Positions 52,158-64,000 of a DNA stretch of 64,000 bases are shown piece after piece. Position 1 is the stretch's first letter. Every line of letters begins with the position of its first letter. Source of the DNA: Felis catus (lineage: Eukaryota); the NCBI RefSeq assembly GCF_018350175.1, contig NC_058368.1:151654001-151718000 (forward strand), written 5' to 3'. The position numbers and the translations under genes were made by a program. The notes below the pieces were generated by a model that was not told the DNA's origin, did not search any database, and worked only from the letters and a program-made list of their open reading frames with translations.

Positions 52158-53010
52158 GTGATAGAAAATTGTAACCGTAAGTATAAAACAGATATATATG
52201 AATACGTACTTGGTAAACAAAAAAATAAAAGAAAATAAGTAAATGGGGGAGAAGAGGCAAGTGTTACTTATAAAAGACTTTCAAAAATACACGTAGATAC
52301 TCCTCTCTAAGAGGTGGACCTTATTTCCCCAAACACCTCCACCACCATCACATCACATCACATCACACCACCCCCCCCACACACACACACCTTGAGTATG
52401 TGATAGATTTAGTAGCTCATCCAAAAAATGCAGTATGTAAACAAAAACAATAGTAATTTACAGAGGAGAAATTTGGCAAACATGGCCTTAACAAAATGAT
52501 CAGGTTAACATCCCAAGGATATGTCATTTGATAACAAATACACCTTAGTATGATGTGATGAGGAAGGAAATTCATCCATGTATTATTCTCTAAAACCTAT
52601 AACTCTAGACTAAACATGAGAAAAGTATGAGACAAGACCACATCAAAGGACATTCTAAAAAATACCTGACCAGTAATCCTCAAAACTGTTAAAACTTTAA
52701 AAACAAAGAAAGATAGAAAAGATTCCCCAGATCAGAGAAAACTAGACATGAGGACTCAATGCAAGATAGTATTCTGAAATCAATAAGGGGATAATGAAAA
52801 GAACATTAATATAAAAACTGGTGAAATTTAAATTAAGTCTTGAGTTTAGTTAAAAGTAATGTACCAGTGTTGAACTTCTTAGTTTTCACAAATGGACCCT
52901 GGCAATGTAAGATGTTAACATCAGGTAAAACTTCCTGAGGAGTATAGGGGAACTCTACATTCTCTTTCAATACTGCTGAAATCTAAAATTATTCCAAAAT
53001 GAAAACGTTA
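52158..53010 (+). mobile_element. L1MC-like 3' UTR (upstream part about 51640-51702, split by the MLT1)
   Basis: aatagtaattttacagaggagaaatttggcaaaca...gatcaggttaacatc...atgtaagatgttaacatcagg...aaatctaaaattattccaaaat. Confidence 0.85.
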
Positions 53011-55579
53011 ATGAGAAAAAGCACCTGGTATTTTTTTCGAAAAGAAAAATATGAACAGTTGTTTGATGTAGGAGACCCTGGGTAAAGCACTGGACAAGGA
53101 GCTAAAGAAGATGTGCAGGGTTGGTGCAATGTGTTGTGCCGTCATTGCCTTTGTAAAAGATGATGGACATGATTTTATCTTAAAAAGCATTTTCCTCAGA
53201 TATGTGCTCTTTTTGATGTGATTCTATATTGAAATTTACCTTGAGGTAGGTGGCAAAAAGCTGTTTTATTTAGGTTATATATAAGATTTGAAAATAACCC
53301 TTAACTTTCATTGTGGAGTTATAAGTGTTAAAGAAGTGGAAACTGTCTTGTAGAACAGTTTACAACAAACTTGTACCATATCAACAATTCTTAACACCAC
53401 AGAAGTTATATCTGCCCCTTTCTTTGATTAAGAATATTATGGCATTCTATCTTCCATTTTACATTCTAATCTCCGCCAATGAAGAATTCCTCCTGGCTTC
53501 TCTGTAGCTTTCTCCAGAATTCTATACAATACTTTACTTAATACAAATACACAAATATTAGCTGTTGGATTTGTGGCTAAGACTCTCAAAATTCTTTAAA
53601 AGTGGAGTCCCGATGAGGTCTTTATTTTAATATTGAACAAAGTTTCTGTTTTTCAGTTATCTGATATCTTTGAGTAATCTTTAATTTTTCTCGTTCGTAG
53701 GCATCCCAAATAGTTGGGCTGTGTGAACTCTCTGAGATCAAATTATAGAGAAATCCAGTCAGCATTAATAGCCAACTTCTCATGGAAAAACGTGATTTAG
53801 AGCCAGGTATTTTTTATATACCATATGCCCTTAGATCTTGGATTAAGTTCCATTTGAAAAGATGAAAACTAAAAGCTTCCTTTCAATCTATTTTGCCTCA
53901 CCTTGTTAAAATTCACCAACTGCTGAATTTAAACCTCTGTATGTAAACACACTTGTATGTGTGTTAGAGACACTTCTTAACTATTGAAATGAGTTTCTAG
54001 AATACAATATAGTGGGAATTTGGGAAGCAAGTTTGGCTTTTAGGAATACAAGAATTGTGAGAACCAACGTTATTAGTACTAGTAAAGAGAAAAGTTGAGT
54101 ATCAGTATATTCATGGCTGGAGTTTCAAAGTGTACTTTAATTATAACTCTAGTGCAAAGGCATTATTAGGTGTATGCTTAATTGAAATGGATATTTGTAC
54201 AGATAGAGTAGATAGAAAACATTTATAGAGTTGAATTTATGCACCATGCTTATAGTGTTTTGAGACAAAAATACTTCTCTGCAAGAAAAAGATATATACT
54301 ATAATGATATGTATAATTTGCAAGATGTTTTGGACAGATCAGTAACAGAAATAATAATTACCTTTAGGCCATTTTAGTCTTAAGAAGGTTAAACTACCAT
54401 CACAGTTTTGTCATGCACCATTCAAAATTTTAGTGTAGAAAGCTATGATACATAATAGGAACATCTAACCAAGCTTATACTTGCCTTTCACACTGACTGC
54501 TGATGGAACAAAGGATAATCATGGGAGGAAGGGGTAAAAGAAAAATGAAGTTTCCCATGTATGAAGACCTCTGTGAAGGATAAGACAACCATTGATAGAT
54601 CCTGGACAGAAGGATCTGATTTGGGAGACCATAAGAAGTAGATGGATAGGAAAATACTACCATCAGGGAAATAAAGGGGTACTTTAGATTAAATAAAGAC
54701 AAACAAACAAACAAACAAACAAACGCAGAATTAGAGAGCAAATTGAACTAAGGACCATTCCAAAGGAATCACTGTCTTGAGCAATCAGTTTAAAATAACA
54801 TCAGTACAATTTTATTTAACCTTTCGTTAAAAGTCATTCCCTACCACGTAACCATTTATTGCTGGTCCCATGGGTTATCTCCTCAGACAGACTTAATGGA
54901 ATTTCTGTGTGAAATATATGTATAACCCATAGACTAATTTCTAACACTAGATTTCAGTGAAGGTTAATGTTTGGTGCCCATCAATAATGTGTGTAGCGAT
55001 TTTGAGAATACCCCATGTATTTGATTATTTCTGCTTCTCCTTTTTTACCATCATGTATCTCTCAAAATAACCAGTTCCAATGGGTATATTATGATAGTTT
55101 TCAAATCTTCACTGAGTCATTTGTCAGTAATCTTCTAGTTGTTAGGATAGTTCAAAAAGGTATATAATTTAGTTAATCTCCATTAATTACTGTAATTTCA
55201 GTTGACTTTAAGAAAATGTGATAATTGAAAATTATACTGTGATGGGAAGAATCATCAAGAAGATTGGCTGAAGACTGGCATAATAAATAAGGTTTTGTTT
55301 AAATAACTAAAAATGGCTTAAATATCATATATTACATTTTAGCAACAAAATGGTATCTTCACTAATATCAGTTTGACTGATTTCCATATCACTGATTATT
55401 GATATTTTATAATTAACAATCAAAATTCCTTAAAATGTTATCTGTCTGAAGTGGAAAACAGAATCTTTATAAGGACAATTTTATTAATTTTGATATGGTC
55501 ATATGTCTTATAAATTGATTCTTGAAAGGTCTTTTCAAATTAGAATAAGTGTTTGTAAATTAATAGAAATGCTTTTGAG

Positions 55580-56130
55580 TTTTGTTACAATTTCATTGAG
55601 ATATAACTGACATATGGCACTGGGTAAGTGTAAGCTATACAGCATAAATGACTACCACAATAAGCTTAGTTAACATCCATCATCTCATATAGGTATTTAA
55701 GAAAAGAAAAAGAAAAAAAAATTTTTTCCTTATGATAATTAGCTCCTAGAATTTACTCTGTTAACAGTTTGCAATATACCATACAGCAGTGTTAACTATA
55801 GTCATCATATTCCACGTAACATCCTTAGTACATATGTATCTTAAAACTGGAAGTTTGTACCTTTTACCACCTTTATCCAATTCCCCCTTTCCATCCTCCA
55901 GCCTCTGGTAACCACAAATCTGATCTTTTTTCTATGAGGCTGTTCTGTTTTGTTTTGTTTTTAAATTCCACATACTCTGTGAGATCATGTAGTATTGGTC
56001 TCTACCTTATTTCACTGAGCATAATTTCCTTAAGGTCCATCCACATTATGTAAATGGCTGAGTAACAATCCATTGTATATGTGTACCACAACTTCTTTAT
56101 CCCTTTATCCATCAATGGACCCATACATTG
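55580..56130 (-). mobile_element. L1MA-type 3' end
   Basis: ttcattgagatataactgacatat...cagcagtgttaactatagtcatcat...aactggaagtttgtacctttt...ctttatccatcaatggac; antisense to the 3' UTR of the L1 at 20066-21455. Confidence 0.88.
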
Positions 56131-57099
56131 TGAAATTCTTAAAGGTATTTAAAACAGTGAGTTCTCCTAGACATAATTATTAACTTAACCAAACTATTTT
56201 TCCAAAAAAATTAAAGGTAAACTTAATCTTCTAGTTCAAATGATCTACTGAATTCAAACTTGTCTGTATTTTCTTTCTCTCAAAGTCTCTCTGGATAGAA
56301 ATGATAAATTAAAAGGAATGGGCAATAAATGTGTATCATCAGTGAATAAAAATTTTATAAACATTTTGGGAAGACAGCAACAAATTAAATATGACTGGTA
56401 GAAAAATGGAAGATAAAACTTATCAAAAGTGACAAGAGACCCCCAAAGTGAATCAACAAATACAGGGGTCAGAGATAGGCCAAGGGTCAAGCCTAGGTCA
56501 TTATTTAGTAATGTACTTTCCAAACAACCTGGAAAGTTGAACTCTTCCCCCTATACAGGTGTAAATAGAGCTATGGTTTGATAGCAAAGGTCTTCAGCAA
56601 AAGCCCAAGAGCTGTTCTACAAATCAAGTGGGCATGTGGGTAATGTCCCAAAGAAAGTTATCTTGTGAAGATGCTGCTGTATGAGAGAAAAGTCAAGTAG
56701 ACCTCAACACTCCTCTAGACTGCCACACAGTACAGAAAACAATAGGTTTCAAGTGCCAGTCAGAAAGCACTCCCTCTTTGTAGTAGAGTATACTAGGCCT
56801 AGAGGAGCTTCCTGTTCTGTAACCTGCTTTTTTCCCAGGGGTACTTCAAAGAGACTGCCTGTCAAAACATTCCCCTGACTTCCCCTACTTATGCGGAACC
56901 TTCAGTCAGCCTTCTCACTGAGGTGAGAGGCCTCATGGGGAAAGAGTCCTGAATGAGAGCAAACAGAATATGTACCAGTTACTTTTACTATTAAATATAG
57001 TCCATCATTTGTAAGTGTGACTACACATCCAAAAATCTTGAAAAGGTGAAGGAAAACCAACCATATAAAAGAGAAACATGAACAAACCGATCCATTTGT

Positions 57100-57400
57100 C
57101 CTTAAGACTATAGAAAGTGGTAGAAGACTTTTCAGTAGGGGAGAGAGTTTATATTATTTGAATTTTTGGATGATTATATTCAGTGCAGTATAGGAAACTA
57201 ATGCTGTAAGGGGAGCTAAACTATAAGAAACCACTTAGGAAACTGTTTCAATGATTCAGGGGGTAAATGATGGTGACTGGAGAGGATGTGGTAAAGGAAC
57301 TCAGGAATATAACTGAAGTTTAAGAGATAGACTTGGCGTGGATTAGAGGTAAGGGAGAGTCAGGAGTCAAGCTGACACCCACATTTCTGACTTACCCTTT
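57100..57400 (-). mobile_element. LINE-2 remnant
   Basis: gaaaccacttaggaaactgtttcaatgattcagg...gggagagtcaggagtcaagctgacacccacatttctgactt. Confidence 0.65.
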
Positions 57401-58879
57401 CACCTTCATTATTCTTACTTTAGAGGTTAGTAGATACTCTTCTCTGACTCCCTGGACAAAGTTATTTATCAAGGGACACAATGGAGCCCACCTGGTCCAA
57501 TTTGCTTTCTGCTGAAGCTGTGAACAATGCACTGATTCATAGGTGGCCTAAGTCTGCTAAATTCCCAAGTACCTGGTTTGGGCACTCAAGACACTTTTTT
57601 GTTCAATAAATCAGACTATGTTAAGTGTGTGGATATTTTATAGAATTACCAGAGCCCTCCACAGATAAAGAGGATAAGAATAATTTTAAAGTACAATATT
57701 AACATAAATCCAGGAAAAAAAACCTGACTTTGTGATAGCATAACATGAGAATGTTTAAGATTGTTAATTATATATACATATGCTTATATGTATTTATAAA
57801 TGTATGCATCAATATATATAATATGTAATAAACATATATTATAAAGATATATTTAAAACCTGTTCCTAATTGGTTTTATATTTTATATTTGGTATATGGT
57901 ATGGTGTTTTCGAGTCTGGAAAGAATAAGGTCCATTATAAAATACTTTGGATTATTAGTATTGATAGTTGCAATTATTTCAGATTTTAATCAAATGGAAC
58001 TACCAATTAGGCATATACTATGATACAAGCCATAGTCCTGTCTGTGCAATGGCAGGCTATGGAAATGAGTCATACAGTGTTTGGTTTTGCCCTAGATCAT
58101 CTTTTTGGGTAACGTAGAAATGTCTGGCTGACTATACTGCATTTTCACTTATATTTTCTAATGCTTCATGCACTGTGGGTATAAATGGACCTCAGTGACA
58201 ATAATATAGGAAGCTTTACTCTTTCTTGTCTCCATTTCAATCTGTTAAACACAGGACCCAATCCCCTGAAATATTTCCTCAATTACATCTTTAAGTTACC
58301 AAAGGCTGTTTCTTGGATTCCAAAATAAAATCATGCACTCTAATAAATGCTTTGTATGATATAAAATTAAAACTCTATTTTTAATTTTAGTTCAGTTTTA
58401 GTTTAATTTTAGTTTAGTTTAATTTTAGTTTATCACATATGTTCAAATATCTTCGAATCCGTACCTAGAATAAAACTTGGTACCCCACGAATAAAAGAAA
58501 AAGGCACAGACCATAAAAGGGAGATAAAACTACGTTGTCTCGAGTGTTAAAGGATCCTTGGAAGTATAATGAGTTTCCTGGCATTCTAAAAGTCAGGAAA
58601 TAAGCATTTGTATATAGGTATTCCAACAATTACCTTATAAAATCTGAAACTGCAGTTAATTTCAGTTTCAAGAAAATAGTGACATTTTAATTTCCCTAAA
58701 TAATGAACTTCGTTTCTATGCTAAATTAGTTCTAATATATAGGAAGAGAAAAAATATTTTAAGGTTGCATTTTGTTCCATCTTACAGTACTTAATTAAAG
58801 GAGGTTAAACTTACATAATGCTCCTAAATTTATCTAAGCATGCTTGCATCTAATAGTCCACTGTGTCTCCACCTCCTTT

Positions 58880-59020
58880 TAAGGGACAGCTAGAATCACA
58901 ATCTCATTCGACCCATGAGAGAACAGAGACTCGAAGAGATGAAGTGATTTTCCTAAGAACACAGGGTTAGTCATCGCTGGTACCATGGCTTGCAAGCCAG
59001 GCTTATGACTTATAAACTAC
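58880..59020 (-). mobile_element. MIR remnant
   Basis: atgagagaacagagactcgaagagatgaagtgattttcctaagaacacagggttagtca. Confidence 0.65.
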
Positions 59021-62000
59021 TATTTCACTTAGAAATTAGCGAAAATGAGTATTTGAATTACAAATAAAGAATACAAAAGGCCACACAAATAGTGTGATTT
59101 GAGGGACTTCGATATTTTCTCAACAGCCTTCCATGGAGCCTGAATGCCTCAGAGTTCCAGTTAAGTCACTATCCTCAGAAAGTCCCTGGTCGAATGCAAA
59201 TACCCAAGGTTTCTGATTTACCTCAAATCAATGCACACAATACCTTCTTTCCTGTCACACTTTTCCCACACACTAGTCCCTTGCAGCTACTGAAATGGGA
59301 ACCACAATGTAGATGAATGGGACTTTTCAAAGATTCTGTGGTGCAAGAAGTTGAAAAAGGTCCCCAAATCATGAGCATTATATACTAAAAGGTCCAGAGG
59401 CAAAAGTCTGGGCTGGTATGATTTGCCCATGTGTCAGCTAAAAAAATAAGTCCTTACATATCATCTGAACATTTTTCACTGTAGTTTCCCTGTTATATTA
59501 AGTTTCTATAAATACATGATTTATTTCGGTAACAACTATTCTAACCACTCAACCTTTGGGAGTTTAAGGGATTAAAAGTCATTCACGCTTTCATGAAAGA
59601 GTGGGAATTAGTACTCTCAGATTGTTTTCTACCAATGAAGGTGAGATCACCTATTCTAGGAGACTGACATTTCTGACCAGGAGAAGGGGCAGCCAGGAGG
59701 GGAGCAGGGGTACTTAATATAAGTTCAAGATTTTGTTTTTTGTTTTCTGTGAATTTGGAAACACAGCAACCATTTATGACATTGTTTCTATAGAAAATTC
59801 TCTGAACATAATCTCTTGACAGAATAGATGTTTGCTTATATAGAATGTGCAATTTAGTTTATCACACGTTTGTGCAATATATATGCAATATATTGATATC
59901 ATTACATTATAGTCCACCGCACTAAGAACTCTAATCTAGAAAATTGTAACAATAGATGAGAATGAGCAAAATATATATAGATAGGACACTTTCTAAAATT
60001 CCTACATTCTTAGGGGCACTAAGTTGTGGGCTTCAAGGGGCTTTGGAGTAGGAATACAATCCAGGAAAATATACTTGAATATATACTAGAATAAAAAAGA
60101 GAGATGCAGAAGGTAATAGAACACGAATTTACTCTTTCCCACCACTTAACATAGGGCCAGCCTCGACAAAGAATTTCCATGACAAAACAGATGTAAGAGA
60201 TCTCAGGCACTATTCCTAGTCTCCATTTTCAATTTTAATTCTATAAAGAAATTCAGGACACATGCTCAAATGAAAGAGCCTTCTTTATTTCAAGGCAACA
60301 TGTGAACAAAGTGAGAAGCCTCACAAACATCATCACACTATCAAAGAGCAGAACACAACTTTGCCTGTTTCATTTTGAGATTCTGTGTATGTTGAGACTA
60401 GAACAAACCTCAGTTTGTTCAACCATCACAGGAAAAGAACGCATTAAAGGACTCCCCTGCATCTTTTACATGAAATGCTATGTCTCATGTTTAGTCAATT
60501 CTTGATTATCCATAGTGACTTTAAATCTCAGTCTGTCTAACTTTTTCCTGTCACCAGCATACACGCACTAAGTTACTTATCTTGGTAGTTCTGCATTTAA
60601 TTCTAACTTTAACTATGACCGAATATTTTTAAAATAAGATAAATTTTGTTTAAAAAAGTAATTATTTTAGAGATAACTACATGAATTATACCTCTGGTAG
60701 TGTTCTTTATGTATATACACACATACTCACCGCAGTTTCCTGTATTTAAGCAAGATGGTTGGAAAACTTTTTTAATTTTTGAGGATCATGGCTGCGATAT
60801 ATCCGATTATCCTGTGAAGAGCAGATAAAAGAATAAGACTATTATTTTAAGAGCCTTATTTTTAATCCTAAGTAAAATTTCAACCGGATATACATCACTT
60901 GGCTACTTCCAAAGGTGACTATGTAATATAATTTGTGGGAAGATGTATGGTATCTATAAAATCGAGGAATCTCGAGGACAATGTTTCTCATAATATTCAA
61001 TGCGTGATAAATGCATTTTCTTACAAGAATGATTCTTAGCTTCTCAACTGCTTGGTTTGAGAGCCTAGGTGTCCACAATGACAACTGACACTAGCAACAC
61101 AAGGTCAGAGATTCTCTCTCCACTCTGCCTGTTTCATTTAAAAATTGTTGTATTACATTTCTTGTAATAAAAGCCTTTCTAAGGATTCTGTATCACTCTT
61201 TTGCAAGGCACATTCACATCCTTCAATGAAAGTTGCTATTATCAGAGCAATGTGCTCTTACTATTTATTTATTACAACAACCCTCATGACTGCTTACCAG
61301 GCAAGCACTAGAAATATCTAACTCATTACCACTACATAAAATAGCACGGGGTATTTACAGAACGAAAGAGATCAGAGCATGACAAATTCTAAAGCTGCTC
61401 GTGTCCCTGTTTCTAAAGAAAAGAAATGCTTTTCACCAAGCACTGGTAACCTAAACTATGGAAGAGCATATATTAGACTTTTAGGGAAAGTACTGCCCAG
61501 ACAAAATCTTGGTGGAAATACCTACTTGCTATTCCCCTCCTTTTCTTTTTTTCAGTATGGTCTGAATACCCTCGGATGTTCTCAGGCCAGCTGATGAAAG
61601 AAAACTGACCCAGATGGAGTCCGAAACTGAAAATGCCTATTGACTTATTCAGCTGGAAGTTGATCCCGGTTGCTATTTAAATCTACTGCTTTAAGTGTCA
61701 GCAGACATGCTGCATTCCTTACAATAGTTCAGAGGGCAGACATTTGGGTCAAAATATTCTTACCCATTCTGTACCTAATGTAGGCTTTACAATGTTTACA
61801 AACAGCTGTTACAATAACCCAAAGATCCAAAGAAAAATGTGACATATTCAAGAGTCTGGCAGTTAAAACCCAGCATTTGTTCAGATAGCACCTTGTGGCT
61901 GGAGGTAATAAGACCCATGATGATAATGGTATTTGTCACATTCAGAGCAGCTGTATTCATGAAAGTGGAGTGACTACTCTCTTACACACCCAGCAACTAC

Positions 62001-62459
62001 TTTGAACCCAGGTCTGTATTTTGGCTGCCTTGGCAACAGCACAGCAATAACAACTGGAGCCATAATGGCAACGTTGACCCAGAGATTTCTGGATAAAACA
62101 GGAGCCCTGACTTTCAATTCAGAAACAAAAAAAGCATATAAAAGAAATGAAGAAGATGGTATCCATAGCACAGATTTAACGAGTATACTGAGACTTATAC
62201 ACTGTGACACTAGGATCTTTATTGTGATAATTAAGTTTTTACAAGTCCAAAAATTTTCTGGTGGCTGTTCTTTTGTGGAAAAAACATTTCAGGGAAAAGG
62301 ATCCTTGCAAGTGGGAGACTATTTTTTTGTATGTCTGACACACAATTATAAAGGATAAACTATTCAATAGTTTTGACCACGTTAATCAACGTGGGTTTCC
62401 ACATAATCATGATGAGAGGGTTATTAACAACAAAGAAAACAGAAAATATTGATTGCTCA

Positions 62460-62850
62460 ACCTTCCCAATGGTTAGTCTAAATGTGATTGGCCACTAGTA
62501 TCTCTTCTTTTGGTCACATGGTAAAATTGCATTTCCCTGTCCTCATGGCATGAAACACATTTATGTCCTTATGACTTTCTTTGGTTAATGAAATGTGAGA
62601 AGAAGTGACAGGTGTCATTTCAAGATGGAGCCTTTCAAAGAAGAGTGCAATTTGCTGTTCCATTCTACTGCCAGGGCAACCAGTAACTTTTCAGATGATA
62701 GAAACATCATCTGCCTGGTGTGAGAAGATGTAGAACAGAGTTCCCAGGTGTCCTGGGATGAGCAAGAAGCACATGTCTGTTGTGCTAATCTACTGCAATT
62801 TTGGAGATGCTATCCCAGGCTAAGGTAGACTATCCTGATTATGCTCACAG
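62460..62850 (+). mobile_element. Old MaLR LTR (MLT1I/J-like)
   Basis: ttgcatttccctgtcc...tttggttaatgaaatgtgagaagaagtgacaggtgtcatttc...tgagcaagaagcacatgtctgttgtgctaa. Confidence 0.75.
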
Positions 62851-64000
62851 TGTAATTTGTACAAATTTAAATAATACCATCCTTTGTTGAAATATATTGG
62901 ACATACACTACCGTGTAAATTTAAGTTTCAATTATAAATACATAAATACACATGTTAAAAAAATAAAAAAGAACATCATTCTTTATCTCTTCACAGAATG
63001 AGAGGCTATAATGAAGATAATGCTTCAACTCTCTTCACTAGAATAAGATAGACTGTTCCTGTTCTGGCTAGAGATAAAGTGCAGAATCGCGAATTTAGAG
63101 TCAAGCTATGTTCTTCAGAGAGAAACATAAATGCTCACTAGGACCAATCCAGATGAACGGTTTCATTGCCTGAACTAGCCAGAAATGATTTAACTTGTTT
63201 TCTTGTAAATCAAACCAAAATTTTATGAAATAATATTCATAAGAATGAATGCCAGACCTCATTCATTTTCCTTTTTATTAGCCTTTTCCTTTTGTAGTAC
63301 ACGTCACACCCTACTTTTCCCCCTATAGTCTGTTTCTCTCTCCTTTACTTATATGATATTCTCTTGTCTGACAATAAGAGAAAGTGATTATTGCTACTTC
63401 ACACAGCAGATTCTGGCAAAGTATTTGTGCTTTTGTTTCCATAGTAATTTAAACTGTTTCGGCTGTTAGTGGAAACCAAGGTTAGACGTTGGCATTATGG
63501 AATCTTTGCTAAGTAATATCAGTTCCATTAGGTATTTCTAGACTCCAAAAAATATTTGGGCCCTTTGTAATATAGGTAAAGTAGAACACATGTAGTTCTT
63601 AAGCAGTCCTACTCTATTTCTGTTTATTTGTGAGATTACTCCAAGACAAGAGCTTGGGTGGTATTTCTGTGCTATTAGTTAAATGCATAGAATCAACGTG
63701 TGTGTGTCTGTGTATACATGCTCATATAAAGTAAAAAAAAAGACATTGTAATCAGTTAAAGATAGACATTAATTTTTAAATTATGACGAGTGACACCATT
63801 ATATTTCATTTATACTCTTTCTCCAGACTTAATACAAAAAAACTCCGCATTTATGGACTTACTTGGTAGAAGGCCATGAGGACTTCCACAAAAATCTAAG
63901 CAAAGACAAATTATATTATTTATATTACTGATCAGAAATAAAATCTTTTTCTTAGGCTACAATTTTTTTTAAGTTTTGAAGCATTATAATTAAGTTAATG

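Noticed and set aside
2520..62358. Supplied six-frame ORFs (60-127 aa) as protein-coding genes
   Set aside because: They are short, many start at non-ATG codons, many overlap SINEs, L1s, LTRs or microsatellites (e.g. 36197-36532, 47213-47513, 41567-41859), and none resembles a protein family I recognise

Overview
This is AT-rich mammalian nuclear DNA, almost certainly from a cat or other felid. It carries 14 tRNA-derived CanSINEs (several of the young SINEC_Fc type, many with target-site duplications) and carnivore-type L1 3' ends. Most of the window reads as intron or intergenic sequence, layered with L1, L2, MIR, MaLR/ERVL LTR and MER5-like remnants plus microsatellites. None of the supplied ORFs looks like a real protein. 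The one gene-like part is a repeat-free block at about 140-5600. On the + strand it has a cluster of small candidate exons with splice-site-like ends (551-596, 898/933-952, 1111-1120, 3121-3147) and two candidate terminal exons (from 1650 and from 3950) with poly(A) signals. This looks like the alternatively spliced 3' end of a gene or lncRNA that I cannot name. I see no prokaryote-type system (CRISPR, operon, IS) and cannot support a claim of a new biological system. The best leads are the micro-exon cluster, a possible 37-aa spliced micro-ORF, several palindromic non-B-DNA tracts and an E-box-rich enhancer candidate. Repeat subfamily names are from visual recall of consensus sequences, and boundaries of old repeats are approximate.
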